A stretch of DNA of 64,000 nt from Chloroflexota bacterium (GTDB lineage Bacteria > Chloroflexota > UBA11872 > VXOZ01), in NCBI GenBank assembly GCA_963662335.2, contig CAXXVD010000005.1, positions 448,001-512,000 on the forward strand, read 5' to 3'. The notes beneath the pieces were generated by a model. The model worked only from the letters and a program-made list of their open reading frames with translations. It searched no databases and was not told the origin of the DNA. This document shows positions 27,391 to 38,040 of this stretch, piece after piece. Both the position numbers and the translations under genes were made by a program. Numbering within the stretch: the first letter of the stretch is position 1; every line of letters starts with the position of its first letter.

Positions 27391-30174
27391 TCACGGCACG
27401 CGATACACCTCCGCCGCCGGCTTCACCGGACGCGGCATCCACAGCGGCCGCCGCAGCGCATCGGAACCCTCAGCCGGCCGCGCCTTCTTCAGCCACTCCA
27501 AATAGACCTCGTGGGATTTGCCGGTATCCACGAACACGTCCCCGTATTGGTCGTCGGCGCCCGCCGTCTCCACCCGCACTTTCTGGTGCCAGCAGTGCAT
27601 GCCGCTCACCGGGTCCGGGTGCACCGGAAACGTCAGGTTCTGGTGCACGCCCGATTCCTTCCACCAGATGCGCTCGGAGTCCGGGTCGTCGCTTTTGAAC
27701 GGCCCCACGCCCTCGACTTGACGCATGAACCACTGCCCCGCGCCAACACTCTTCAGGTCCACGTGCGCCGTAGACCAGCGCTCGCCGCCGCTCTCCTTGG
27801 AGAGCCGCCAGCGCCCCAGGTGGTGCGAACAGGCCACGATACCGGGCCGGATGCCCTCGGTGACCCACACGCGAATGACGAAGTAGCCGATTTCGGTATT
27901 CACGCGTGCCAGGTCGCCGGTCGCGAACGCCAGCCGTTCCGCGTCCTGCGGATGCACCCACAGCGGATTGGTGTGCGAAATCTCGTAGAGCCACTTGGCG
28001 TTGCCGGCCCGCGTGTGGATGAGCGTCGGCAGGCGGAACGTGGGCAGCAGCACGTACTCGCCCTGGCTGTGGTCGATGTTCTCCCGGTGCACGTGGCTCT
28101 TGATGTACGTTGGCACGGCGTATTCCGGCCACTTGAAGTCCCGCAGCGTATCGGAAAAGAACTCCAGCTTGCGCGAGGGCGTATGAAAGCCTTCAACCGC
28201 CGTGCCGTCCACTTCCACGCCCAGCACCTCGCCGTTCTTCCGCACCTGCTGGGTCACCGGGTCGACCTCAGCGCCCTCAAGGTCCTCGTCTGACAGCGGG
28301 TTTTCATGCACCGCGTAGGTATCGCGCTTCACCTCGAACGCGCCGTACTTGCGCATGTACGCCAGCGGCGTTAGCTCCTCAGCGGCCGCCGCTTCCGGCA
28401 GACCGGGCACGCTATTCTCGAAGATCCATTGGTAGTATTCGCTGATGGTCAGCTTCTCACCGGGGCGGTAGGGTGATTCGAAGAACTCGCGCACGCCCAG
28501 GCTGCCGTCCGGGTCGATGCGCCACGAAAGCTCGATCCAGAATTCGTCCTCTTCCCAGACCTCGCCGGGATTCGCTTCGTAGGTAAACTCGACGGCATCG
28601 CCGTTCTTCTCGCGCGCCACCCGCAGCACCGGCTGCCGGAAGGCGATCCACGCGCCCGCCTGGGTCTCCTGGCTCATGAGGTCGTGGCGCTCCGCGCCGT
28701 TGCCCATGGGCAGCACGTAGTCCGCGAACCACGCCGTCTCGCTCCACACCGGCGTCAGCGCGGCGTGCACGCCGATTTGCTCTTCGTCGCTCAGCATCTC
28801 GATCCACGACGCGCCGTCGGGATTCGTCCACACCGGGTTGTAGACGCGGGTGAAGTAGGTGTCCACCTTGCCGCGCCCCTCTTTGAGGAAGTGCGGCAGC
28901 AGAATGCTCATCTCGTGGTGCGCCAGGGGGTACTCCCGCGGCCACAGAAGCTCGCTCCACACCTGCTGCGGCGGCGGTTTGATATAGGGCGCGGGGGCGA
29001 ATTTGTTCCAACTGTTGGGGGAGGTGCCGCCGCGCGTGCCGATGCTGCCGGTCAACACGCCGAGAAACGTCAGGCAGCGCGAGACCTGCCAGCCGCCTTC
29101 ATTGCCGGAGGCCGCGCTGCGCCACACGTGGCTGGCAAAGGCCGTGCCCGCCGCGGCAATGTCGCGCGCCACCGCGACGATCTGGCCGGCGTCCACGCCG
29201 CTCTCTTGCGCCGCGAACTCCGGTGTGTAAGAGGCGTAGAATTCCTTGATAGCGGCGATGAAGTTGTCGAACGTCGCATCCGTGCCGGGATGCTCGGCGC
29301 GCATGTACTGCTGCCAGTTCAGCCACTTCTCCATGAAGTCCCGGTTGTAGCGGTCTTCCTGCAAGATGACGTTCGCCATGGCCAGCAGGATCGCCGGTTC
29401 CGAACCCGGCCAGGACGAGAGCCAGTAGTCCGCGCGCGAGGCCGTATTGGAAAGCCGGGTGTCGATGACGGCGATCTTCGCGCCGGAGAGTTTGCCCTCG
29501 ATGATGCGCTGGGCGTGGGGATTGAAGTAGTGTCCGGTCTCCAGGTGGGCGCTGATCAGCAGCATGAAGCGGGAGTTGGCGTGGTCGGGCGAGGGCCGGT
29601 CCGCGCCCTGCCAGAGCGTGTACCCCAAGCGCGCGGCGGAGGAACAGACGTTCGTATGGCTGTTGTGGCCGTCCACGCCCCAGGCCTGGAGCACCCGGTC
29701 CATATAGCCGTCGTGGCCGGGACGCCCCACGTGGTACATCACCTCCGTGCGGCGGTCTTCCTGCAAGGCCGTGCGAATGCGCGCCGCCAACGTATCGAGC
29801 ACCTCGTCCCAGGTGGTGCGTTCCCACGCGCCCGACCCGCGCGGCCCGCTGCGCTTCATGGGGTAGAGGATGCGCTCCGGGTCGTGCACCTGGTTGATGG
29901 TCGCCGGGCCTTTGGCGCAGTTGCGGCCGCGGCTGCCGGGATGCGCCGGGTTGCCCTCGAACTTGCGAATGCGCATGTCCTCTTTGTCAATATACGCCAG
30001 CAGCCCGCACGCCGCCTCGCAATTGAAGCAGACCGTCGGCACCAACATGTAGTTCTTGGAGACGCGCCGCGGCCAAGCTTCCGGATCGTACTCGGTCCAG
30101 TCGTCCCACTGGTCTACCGGCGGGTAGTTCGCCAGTTGGCCCGATTCCGGAAACTGTGGCTTGAAGATCGACAT
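27391..30174 (-). CDS. Molybdopterin-dependent oxidoreductase catalytic subunit (DMSO reductase superfamily)
   Basis: CFNCEAAC...NCAKG Fe-S motif, RILYPMKR, TTWDE, HTNVC, ADYVLP, C-terminal WVHPQDA molybdopterin dinucleotide-binding domain; no Tat signal. Confidence 0.93.
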   Translation of the reverse strand: MSIFKPQFPESGQLANYPPVDQWDDWTEYDPEAWPRRVSKNYMLVPTVCFNCEAACGLLAYIDKEDMRIRKFEGNPAHPGSRGRNCAKGPATINQVHDPERILYPMKRSGPRGSGAWERTTWDEVLDTLAARIRTALQEDRRTEVMYHVGRPGHDGYMDRVLQAWGVDGHNSHTNVCSSAARLGYTLWQGADRPSPDHANSRFMLLISAHLETGHYFNPHAQRIIEGKLSGAKIAVIDTRLSNTASRADYWLSSWPGSEPAILLAMANVILQEDRYNRDFMEKWLNWQQYMRAEHPGTDATFDNFIAAIKEFYASYTPEFAAQESGVDAGQIVAVARDIAAAGTAFASHVWRSAASGNEGGWQVSRCLTFLGVLTGSIGTRGGTSPNSWNKFAPAPYIKPPPQQVWSELLWPREYPLAHHEMSILLPHFLKEGRGKVDTYFTRVYNPVWTNPDGASWIEMLSDEEQIGVHAALTPVWSETAWFADYVLPMGNGAERHDLMSQETQAGAWIAFRQPVLRVAREKNGDAVEFTYEANPGEVWEEDEFWIELSWRIDPDGSLGVREFFESPYRPGEKLTISEYYQWIFENSVPGLPEAAAAEELTPLAYMRKYGAFEVKRDTYAVHENPLSDEDLEGAEVDPVTQQVRKNGEVLGVEVDGTAVEGFHTPSRKLEFFSDTLRDFKWPEYAVPTYIKSHVHRENIDHSQGEYVLLPTFRLPTLIHTRAGNAKWLYEISHTNPLWVHPQDAERLAFATGDLARVNTEIGYFVIRVWVTEGIRPGIVACSHHLGRWRLSKESGGERWSTAHVDLKSVGAGQWFMRQVEGVGPFKSDDPDSERIWWKESGVHQNLTFPVHPDPVSGMHCWHQKVRVETAGADDQYGDVFVDTGKSHEVYLEWLKKARPAEGSDALRRPLWMPRPVKPAAEVYRVP

Positions 30175-30257
30175 TGCGAGAAAACTCCTCTCGCTTAGCG
30201 CCTTGACATAGTTAACGTGAGACCGCTAATGCGCCCTCGATACGTGTCATGCAATTC

Positions 30258-30425
30258 GTAGCGCGGGGGCTTGTCCCCCGCCTCTCGCTCGTCCGACAGT
30301 CCCGTAGCGCGGGGGCTCGTCCCCCGCCTCTTGGCACGTCCCGCTATCCCGTAGCGCGGGGGCTTGTCCCCCGCCTCTTGGCACGTCCCGCTATCCCGTA
30401 GCGCGGGGGCTTGTCCCCCGCCTCT
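30258..30425 (+). repeat. Tandem array of four GTAGCGCGGGGGCTTGTCCCCCGCCTCT REP-like units (46-47 bp period)
   Basis: Starts 30258, 30304, 30351, 30398; the last two linkers are identical (TGGCACGTCCCGCTATCCC). Confidence 0.92.
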
Positions 30426-30437
30426 TCGCTCAATCGT

Positions 30438-32039
30438 CTAACTCAACGGCTGCGCCTGTCCCGCGCGCACCCAAATATCCTCGAAGAGCAACAGCCCCAC
30501 CAGTGCGCACGCCCCGGCCGCAACGGCCGCCACCGGCGCCAGTCCCAGCGACACCGCAATCAGCAACGCCACCGGCGCCGCGTGTCCCAGGCCAACCACG
30601 CCGACCCAGAAACGCTGAGAATACCGGCCGCGCACGATCATGTGCACCGCTTTGGCGGCGTCGCGCGTGCCGTGGGGCAGCCAGAGTTCGCCCACCCCGA
30701 TGACGAAGAGATTGGCAATCAGACTCCACAGCAGCACGGTGCGCAGGAATTCTTCCGTTTGTGCGGTGGTCTCCACGACTGTCCCCAGAATTGCCAGCGA
30801 CGCCGCGCCCGCCAACGCCGCCTGCACCAGCAGGTGCACGGGCAACGCCGGACTCAGCCACAGGTCGCGCGCTTTCGACTGCGCAAAGAGAAAACCGGTA
30901 TAGATCGCGGCCAATATCGCCAACACGCCGCCCGGCCACCAGAGAACCTGCGTCAGGCCTCCTGCGCCGGCCAGCGCGGCCAGCAGGCTCAGGCCCACCA
31001 CCACCCCAAAGAACAGCAAGATATACGTGCCAATCGCAACCCACGACCGCCACTGCGGACGAGTGAGCAGCGTGTAGAAGCGGTCCGGGCGCTTGAGGTC
31101 CCAAATCAAGAGGCCGGCCGTAATCGCCAGAAAGATCAGGGCCAGGATGGGGCCGCCCCACGCCAGCAGGGGATTCTCGCTCACCAGGCCCAGCGCCAAA
31201 CCCGCGGCCGGCAGCAGGAACGCGCCGGCGGCGATTGATTTCGTCCAAATGTACGCGCTCACCTTCCAGCCCCACGGCGACGGGTGTTCCACGTCGTAGA
31301 CCGTCTTGGCGGACTTGGCAACCAGGTCTTGCAGCAAGGTCTCGCTGTCGGCCAGGCTCGACGCCCCGTTGCCGTTGGCGCTGCCATGGCCGTTGCTGCG
31401 GCCATCGCCGTGGCCGTTACCGTTGGCGTTGGGCATCTCGTTCCAGATGCCGTATTCTTCGGCCGGCGTCGCCGCCGACGGCGTGAGCGTGCTCTCGTCG
31501 GCGTCGATGTAGAAGAGCTTCGGCACGGTGCCCTTTTCCGGTTTGCGCACCTGCACCGGCTCGCGCGAAATCAGTTGCGAAATATAGGTCGTGGGGTCGT
31601 CCAGGTCGCCCGAAACGATCGCCTGCGTCGGACAGACCACCTGGCACGACGGCTCCAGGTTCATCTCCACGCGGTGGGCGCAGAAATTGCACTTGGCGGC
31701 GGTATGGGTGTCCGGGTCGATGTGCAGCGCGTCGTACGGACACGCCTGCAAGCACATCTTGCAGCCAATGCAGCGCTCGGGATCGAAGTCTACGATGGCG
31801 TCCTGCGTGCGCCGGTACAATGCCGTGACCGGACACGCCGTGATGCAGGGCGCGTCGTCGCAGTGATTGCAGCGCAGCACGGTAAAGTGGCGGCGGTTAT
31901 TGGGGAACTGTCCCGTCTCGACGTACTTCACCCACGTGCGGTAGACGCCCAAGGGCACGTCATGCTCGGACTTGCACGCCACGGTGCAAGCATGGCAGCC
32001 AATTCACTTGCGATTGTCGATGAGAAAGCCGAATCTCAT
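30438..32039 (-). CDS. Fused 4Fe-4S (NrfC/DmsB-like) + NrfD/PsrC membrane anchor; in-frame TGA at codon 12, candidate selenoprotein
   Basis: From ATG 32039: MRFGFLIDNRK-TGA-IGCHACTVACK, then CNHCDDAPCITACP, CIGCKMCLQACP, CNFC...CQVVCP; NrfD part PWGWKVSAY, DLKRPDRF, YTGFLF. Confidence 0.9.
31961..32003 (-). promoter_or_regulatory. Candidate bacterial SECIS hairpin
   Basis: Immediately 3' of the UGA: stem GCUUGCAC/GUGCAAGU with loop CGUGGC beginning 21 nt after UGA. Confidence 0.55.
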
Positions 32040-32117
32040 GGCGTTTCCTGTGCGCGGCGGGGCGTCACTCTCGCGCTCTAGTATACAGAACTGCTTGCAA
32101 AGCTACCACAATGCCGC

Positions 32118-33149
32118 CTACGAAAATGCAGGGGCGTCGAGTTCGTCGCGGGGCGCGCGCTCCAGCAGTTCCGCCGCCGCTTGGGTCACCGTAGTGCCGC
32201 TAAAGAGCACGTTGTACAGCAACTCGGTGATCGGCAGTTCCACGTCCAAGCGCCGCGCCAGGCCTACGGCGGCGCGGGTGGTGGGCACGCCCTCGGCCAC
32301 GTTGGTCATTGATGACAGAATGTCATCAAGAGGCTTTCCTTGCGCCAGTTGCTCGCCGACGTGCCGGTTGCGGCTCTGCCGGCTGGCGCAGGTTGCCATG
32401 AGGTCGCCCAGGCCGGCCAAGCCCGCGAACGTGAGCGGCTGCGCGCCCATGGCCACGCCCAGCCGCGCCATTTCGGCCACGCCGCGGGTCAGCAGCGCCG
32501 CCTTGGCGTTGTCGCCCAGACCCAAGCCGTCGCAGATGCCGGCCACGATCGCCATCACGTTCTTCAGCGCCCCGCCCAACTCGACGCCGGCAACGTCGCC
32601 GCTGGTGTAGATGCGAAAGCGCGGCAGCATGAGCAGCGCCCGCGCCTGCCGGGTGAGGGCGGCGTCGGTCCCGGCGAGCACCGCGGCCGCGGGGCGGCCC
32701 TCGGCAATCTCGCGGGCCAGGTTTGGGCCGGAGAGCGCCAACACCATACCGGGCGGGAGTTCCGTCAGTTCATCCCGTATCAGCGCCGACATGGTCGCGC
32801 CGCTCGCGACGTCCAGGCCTTTTGTGGCGGAGACTAGCGCGAAGTCAGCCGAGTTCGCCGCCAGCGCGCGCAACTGCGGCGCAAGCCAGCGGAGATTCCG
32901 GCGCATCGCTTCGGAGGGAACCACCAGCAGTACCAAGCTGCAATCCGCCAGCGCCTCCACCGGGTCGCTCATAATCTGCACGGCAGGGGGTATCGGCACG
33001 CCCGGCAAGAAGCGCCTGTTCTCGCCCGCCCGCCGCAATGCCGCTGCCTCGCCGCCGTCGCGGGCAAGCCAGCGGACGGCGCGGCCCGCCTGCGCCAGTT
33101 GCACCGCCAACGTGGTGCCCCACGTGCCTGTGCCGACAATCGTAATCAC
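32118..33149 (-). CDS. gpsA: NAD(P)H-dependent glycerol-3-phosphate dehydrogenase
   Basis: GTGTWGT, SATKG, LSGPNLA, GGALKNV, GLGDLMATC, SRNR. Confidence 0.95.
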   Translation of the reverse strand: MITIVGTGTWGTTLAVQLAQAGRAVRWLARDGGEAAALRRAGENRRFLPGVPIPPAVQIMSDPVEALADCSLVLLVVPSEAMRRNLRWLAPQLRALAANSADFALVSATKGLDVASGATMSALIRDELTELPPGMVLALSGPNLAREIAEGRPAAAVLAGTDAALTRQARALLMLPRFRIYTSGDVAGVELGGALKNVMAIVAGICDGLGLGDNAKAALLTRGVAEMARLGVAMGAQPLTFAGLAGLGDLMATCASRQSRNRHVGEQLAQGKPLDDILSSMTNVAEGVPTTRAAVGLARRLDVELPITELLYNVLFSGTTVTQAAAELLERAPRDELDAPAFS

Positions 33150-33176
33150 GGCATCTCTTCGCTGTCCGGCTGCCCC

Positions 33177-34133
<957 letters not shown>

Positions 34134-34208
34134 CTATGAATTTGCATCCTATGCTACGCGCGTGCCCGAAAGACGAGAGGAATCCCACCCCATGATAGCA
34201 GAGGCATC

Positions 34209-35243
34209 ATGATCAGGCTTGAAGACCTCGACTACGCGCTGCCGCCGGACTACATTGCGCAACACCCGTGCGAGCCGCGCGACGCGGCGCGCTTGCTGGT
34301 ATACCGGCGGGGCGCCGGTGACATTCAACATAGCCGGGTCGCTAGTCTAAGCGAGTTTCTGCAACCGGGCGACCTGCTGGTGGCCAACGATACCCGCGTG
34401 ATGCCGGCGCGGCTCATTGGCAAACGGGAACTCAGCGGCGGCAAGGTCGAGGCGCTCGTATTGCGTCCACACGAGCACGGCTGGTGGGAGGCCCTTGTCC
34501 GGCCCTCGCAGCGTCTCAAGTCCGGCGTCCGCATCGTGCTGGAGAGCGCGGACGGCAAGAACCGGGACGTCGTCGAGGTTGGCGAGCGGCTGCCCCACGG
34601 CAAGCGGCTCGTGCGCTTTCACGCAGACCCCACCGCCGTCATCGAGCGCCACGGCGCGCTGCCGCTCCCGCCGTACATCCGCGAACCGCTGGCGGACCCG
34701 GACCGCTACCAGACCACCTACGCCCGCGTGCAAGGCTCCGCCGCCGCGCCCACCGCCGGGCTCCACTTCACGCCCCGGCTCATCCAGGAAATCGAGGCAT
34801 ACGGCGCGCGCTTCGCCTTCATCACGCTCCACGTCGGCCTGGACACCTTCCAGCCCATCCGGGAAGCAGACCCGCTCCAACACGCCATTCATCGCGAATA
34901 CGTGGAAGTGCCCTTGGAAACGGCGAGCCTGATTCAAGAGACCAAAGCGCGCGGCAAGAGAGTGATCGCGGTCGGCACAACCAGCGTACGCGCCCTGGAG
35001 AGCGCCGCCGGCGCGCCGGGTTTCGTGCGGCCTTACACCGGCGAGACGAGCCTCTATATCTACCCCGGCTACACGTTCCGCGTCGTGGACGGCATCATGA
35101 CGAACTTCCACCTGCCCCGCTCGACCCTACTGCTGCTCGTGGCGGCGTTTGTCGGCCTGGACGAACTGAAGCGCATCTACCAAACCGCGATTGACGAAAG
35201 ATACCGCTTCTACAGCTTCGGCGACGCCAGCCTGCTGCTCTAA
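34209..35243 (+). CDS. queA: S-adenosylmethionine:tRNA ribosyltransferase-isomerase
   Basis: NDTRV, LPPYI, YQTTYA, AAPTAGLHF, VGTTSVRALE, TNFHLP, YSFGDA. Confidence 0.96.
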   Translation: MIRLEDLDYALPPDYIAQHPCEPRDAARLLVYRRGAGDIQHSRVASLSEFLQPGDLLVANDTRVMPARLIGKRELSGGKVEALVLRPHEHGWWEALVRPSQRLKSGVRIVLESADGKNRDVVEVGERLPHGKRLVRFHADPTAVIERHGALPLPPYIREPLADPDRYQTTYARVQGSAAAPTAGLHFTPRLIQEIEAYGARFAFITLHVGLDTFQPIREADPLQHAIHREYVEVPLETASLIQETKARGKRVIAVGTTSVRALESAAGAPGFVRPYTGETSLYIYPGYTFRVVDGIMTNFHLPRSTLLLLVAAFVGLDELKRIYQTAIDERYRFYSFGDASLLL

Positions 35244-35290
35244 GCGCCTGAATGCGATCTCCTCGGAGAGTGCGGACATTCCAGCAGAAG

Positions 35291-35378
35291 CCGTTCGTGC
35301 TGAGCCTGTCGAAGCATGAACTGCTATCCGCCAACGTACGGCGGCAACGCTCACCCTTCGACAGGCTCAGGGCGAACG
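35291..35378. repeat. REP-like doublet (CTGAGC.TGTCGAAG / CTTCGACAGGCTCAG)
   Basis: Inverted pair between convergent queA and pcrA. Confidence 0.85.
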
Positions 35379-35422
35379 TTGCCCGAGCAGACAAGCCAAT
35401 CGTCAACACGCACGTGGGGCGG

Positions 35423-37618
35423 CTACGCCAGCTTCTCCAGCGGGGCGAATGAGGCGGAGAGGCGCTTGATGCCAATATCAGGAAAGACAACGGTCACCTC
35501 TTCATCGAAGTCGGTGATCTTGCCGCTCACCACCGTCCCTTCGCCAAAGGCCGCGTGCCGCACGCGCTCGCCGTCGCGGAACTTTCGTTCGTCCGCGTCA
35601 CGCTTGCGCGGGGGACGGGCTGCGGCTTGCGACCCTTGCCAGGCGGCCTCCACCGGCGGCTGGGCCTGCACAGTCGGCCCGGTCACCAGTTCCGGCGGCA
35701 ATTCGGTGATGAAGCGGGAAGGAATTCGTCCCAGCGATTGGCTGCTGTAGCGGCGCGCCGCGTAGAGCAGGTGAAGCCGCTCCTTGGCGCGGGTGAGGGC
35801 CACGTAGCAGAGCCGCCGCTCTTCCGCCATCTGTTCGGGATCATCGAACGAGCGGATGTGCGGAAAGAGTTCTTCCTCCATGCCCGTCACGAACACCGCC
35901 GGGAACTCCAGCCCCTTGGCGTTGTGCATCGTCATGAGGGTCAGCCCCCCGTCCGCCTCCATGCGGTCCACGTCGGCCACCAGCGTTGCCTCGTGCAGGA
36001 AGTAGCCCACGCCTTCGGGCGGCTCGAGGCTGTCGAAGCGCGCGGCGGCGGCAACCAACTCGTCCAGGTTCTCCTCCCGCTCAATCGCCTCTTCGACATT
36101 CTCGTTCTTGCGGACGTGTTCCAGATAGCCGCTCTCCCGTATCACCACCTTGACAAACGCGCTCAACGTCTGGCGCTCCATCTCCTGGCGCAAGACGCTC
36201 AACAAACGGCCGAGATTCTCCAGGGCGGCCCGCGCCCGGGCCGTCACCGGCAACGGCTCCTCGATCTCGCCCGCCCCCAGGCGCAGCAGCGCCGCGGCCG
36301 GCGGCGCGCCTTGCATCTCCGACCAGAGCATGAGCGCCGCCAGCGTCTTGGCGCCAATGCCGCGCGGCGGCATATTCACGATGCGCCCAAAGCTCACGCT
36401 GTCGTTCAAATTGTAGACCACGCGCAAGTAGGCGAGCGTGTCCTTTACCTCCCGCCGTTGGTAGAAGGCCACGCCGCCCACCAACTGATAGGGAATGCCG
36501 AAGTGCACCAGCGCGTCCTCCAGCGCCCGCGACTGGGCGTTGGTGCGGTACATCACGACGCAGTCGCGCAGGCCCAGGCCCTCGTCTTGCAAGCGGCGCA
36601 CGCCATTGACCACCAGGCGCGCTTCATCCTCTTCGTCCAGCGCCGGCATCACCACCAGCGGCGCGCCCTGCCCCTGGGTCGTCCAGAGCCGCTTTTCGCG
36701 GCGGTGCGGCAGGCGGCTGATAATGCCGTGGGCGGCATCCAGGATGTTCTGGGTGGAACGATAGTTCTGTTCCAGCTTGACGACGGCGGCGTCGGGGTAC
36801 TCGCGCTCGAAATTGAGGATATTGCGCACGTCGGCGCCGCGCCAACTGTAGATGCCCTGGTCGTCGTCGCCCACCACGCAGATGTTGCGGTACTTGGACG
36901 CCAGCAGCCGCACCAACTCATACTGGGCGTGATTCGTGTCCTGGTACTCATCCACCATGATGTAGCGGAAGCGTTCCTGGTAGTGCTCCAGCACGTCGGG
37001 GTGCTCGCGCAGGATGCGCACCGCGAACATGATGAGGTCGTTGAAGTCAAGCGCGTTTGCCTTGCGCAGCGTCTCCTGATAGCGCCGGTACACCCTGGCG
37101 GCGGCCTCCTCGAACGGCCCCTGCGCGTGCTCGGCAAACTGGTGCGCCGTAATGAGTTCGTCCTTGGCGCGGGAGATGGCGTTCAAGACCGCGCGCGGAC
37201 TGAGGCTCTTTTCGCCGATGCCCAGCGACTTGAGCGTCTCTTTCACCACCGCCAACTGGTCGGCGTCGTCGTAGATGGTGAAGCCTTCTTCCCAGCCCAG
37301 CCGCCGCAATTCACGGCGCAACATGCGCGAGCAGAAGGCGTGAAAGGTGCTCACGTGCACGTTTTCGCCAATGGGTCCGACCAGTTCCCGCACCCGCTCC
37401 CGCATCTCCCCGGCGGCCTTGTTCGTGAAGGTGACGCCCAGGATCTGCCACACCGGCACGCGCTCGGCGAGCATGAGGTACGCGATCCGGTGGACGATCA
37501 CGCGCGTCTTGCCGGATCCCGCGCCGGCCAGGATGAGCACCGGCCCGGCCGTGGTCGCGACCGCGCGCTGCTGCGGCTCGTTGAGATTTGCCAACAGAGA
37601 ATCCGGATTGGTGACCAT
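35423..37618 (-). CDS. pcrA: UvrD/PcrA ATP-dependent DNA helicase
   Basis: AGAGSGKT, FTNKAA, VDEYQDTN, QNYRST, YRTNAQSR, HNAKGLEF, YVALTRA, C-terminal Tudor-like VRHAAFGEG. Confidence 0.93.
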   Translation of the reverse strand: MVTNPDSLLANLNEPQQRAVATTAGPVLILAGAGSGKTRVIVHRIAYLMLAERVPVWQILGVTFTNKAAGEMRERVRELVGPIGENVHVSTFHAFCSRMLRRELRRLGWEEGFTIYDDADQLAVVKETLKSLGIGEKSLSPRAVLNAISRAKDELITAHQFAEHAQGPFEEAAARVYRRYQETLRKANALDFNDLIMFAVRILREHPDVLEHYQERFRYIMVDEYQDTNHAQYELVRLLASKYRNICVVGDDDQGIYSWRGADVRNILNFEREYPDAAVVKLEQNYRSTQNILDAAHGIISRLPHRREKRLWTTQGQGAPLVVMPALDEEDEARLVVNGVRRLQDEGLGLRDCVVMYRTNAQSRALEDALVHFGIPYQLVGGVAFYQRREVKDTLAYLRVVYNLNDSVSFGRIVNMPPRGIGAKTLAALMLWSEMQGAPPAAALLRLGAGEIEEPLPVTARARAALENLGRLLSVLRQEMERQTLSAFVKVVIRESGYLEHVRKNENVEEAIEREENLDELVAAAARFDSLEPPEGVGYFLHEATLVADVDRMEADGGLTLMTMHNAKGLEFPAVFVTGMEEELFPHIRSFDDPEQMAEERRLCYVALTRAKERLHLLYAARRYSSQSLGRIPSRFITELPPELVTGPTVQAQPPVEAAWQGSQAAARPPRKRDADERKFRDGERVRHAAFGEGTVVSGKITDFDEEVTVVFPDIGIKRLSASFAPLEKLA

Positions 37619-38040
37619 AGGGATAATTTCGCGCAACGACAGAGAGGCGCCAGCCAAGAAGAGTGGAAGAAGAGAGGCGCGTCTCACCCGCCTCCCGTAG
37701 GATTGTATCATCGTCTCGGCCGTCGCGCACCTGGCCTCGGTCTCAGTTCGCGGAATCCGGCAGATGCCAGTGTCCCTAATTCCTAGCAACTTTCTAGGAA
37801 ATACAGCCAAATCAGATTGACTCGCCCTCAGAGGTTTAGGTACCTTAACTGCGACACAGGCAGTTGAATAAACTTGCAGCGCTATGTGCGCGGAGCGAGA
37901 GGCGTCATCGCCCCCGCGCGTCTGCGGCATTCGCTGAATTGCCTGCTAGCTGACACGTGTGCCCCGAGGCCCCGCCGCGCACGACAGTAGTCAAACAGTA
38001 TGCAGCCTGGCTGCATGGAAAGGAATCATTTGCCGTGCGC

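Noticed and set aside
30258-30425. CRISPR-like array
   Set aside because: Spacers are only 18-19 nt and two are identical, the unit occurs singly elsewhere as a REP, and no cas genes are present.
37619-37930. 104-aa N-terminal extension of PcrA in the ORF track
   Set aside because: Homology begins at LLANLNEPQ; the upstream part is the AT-richer promoter region.
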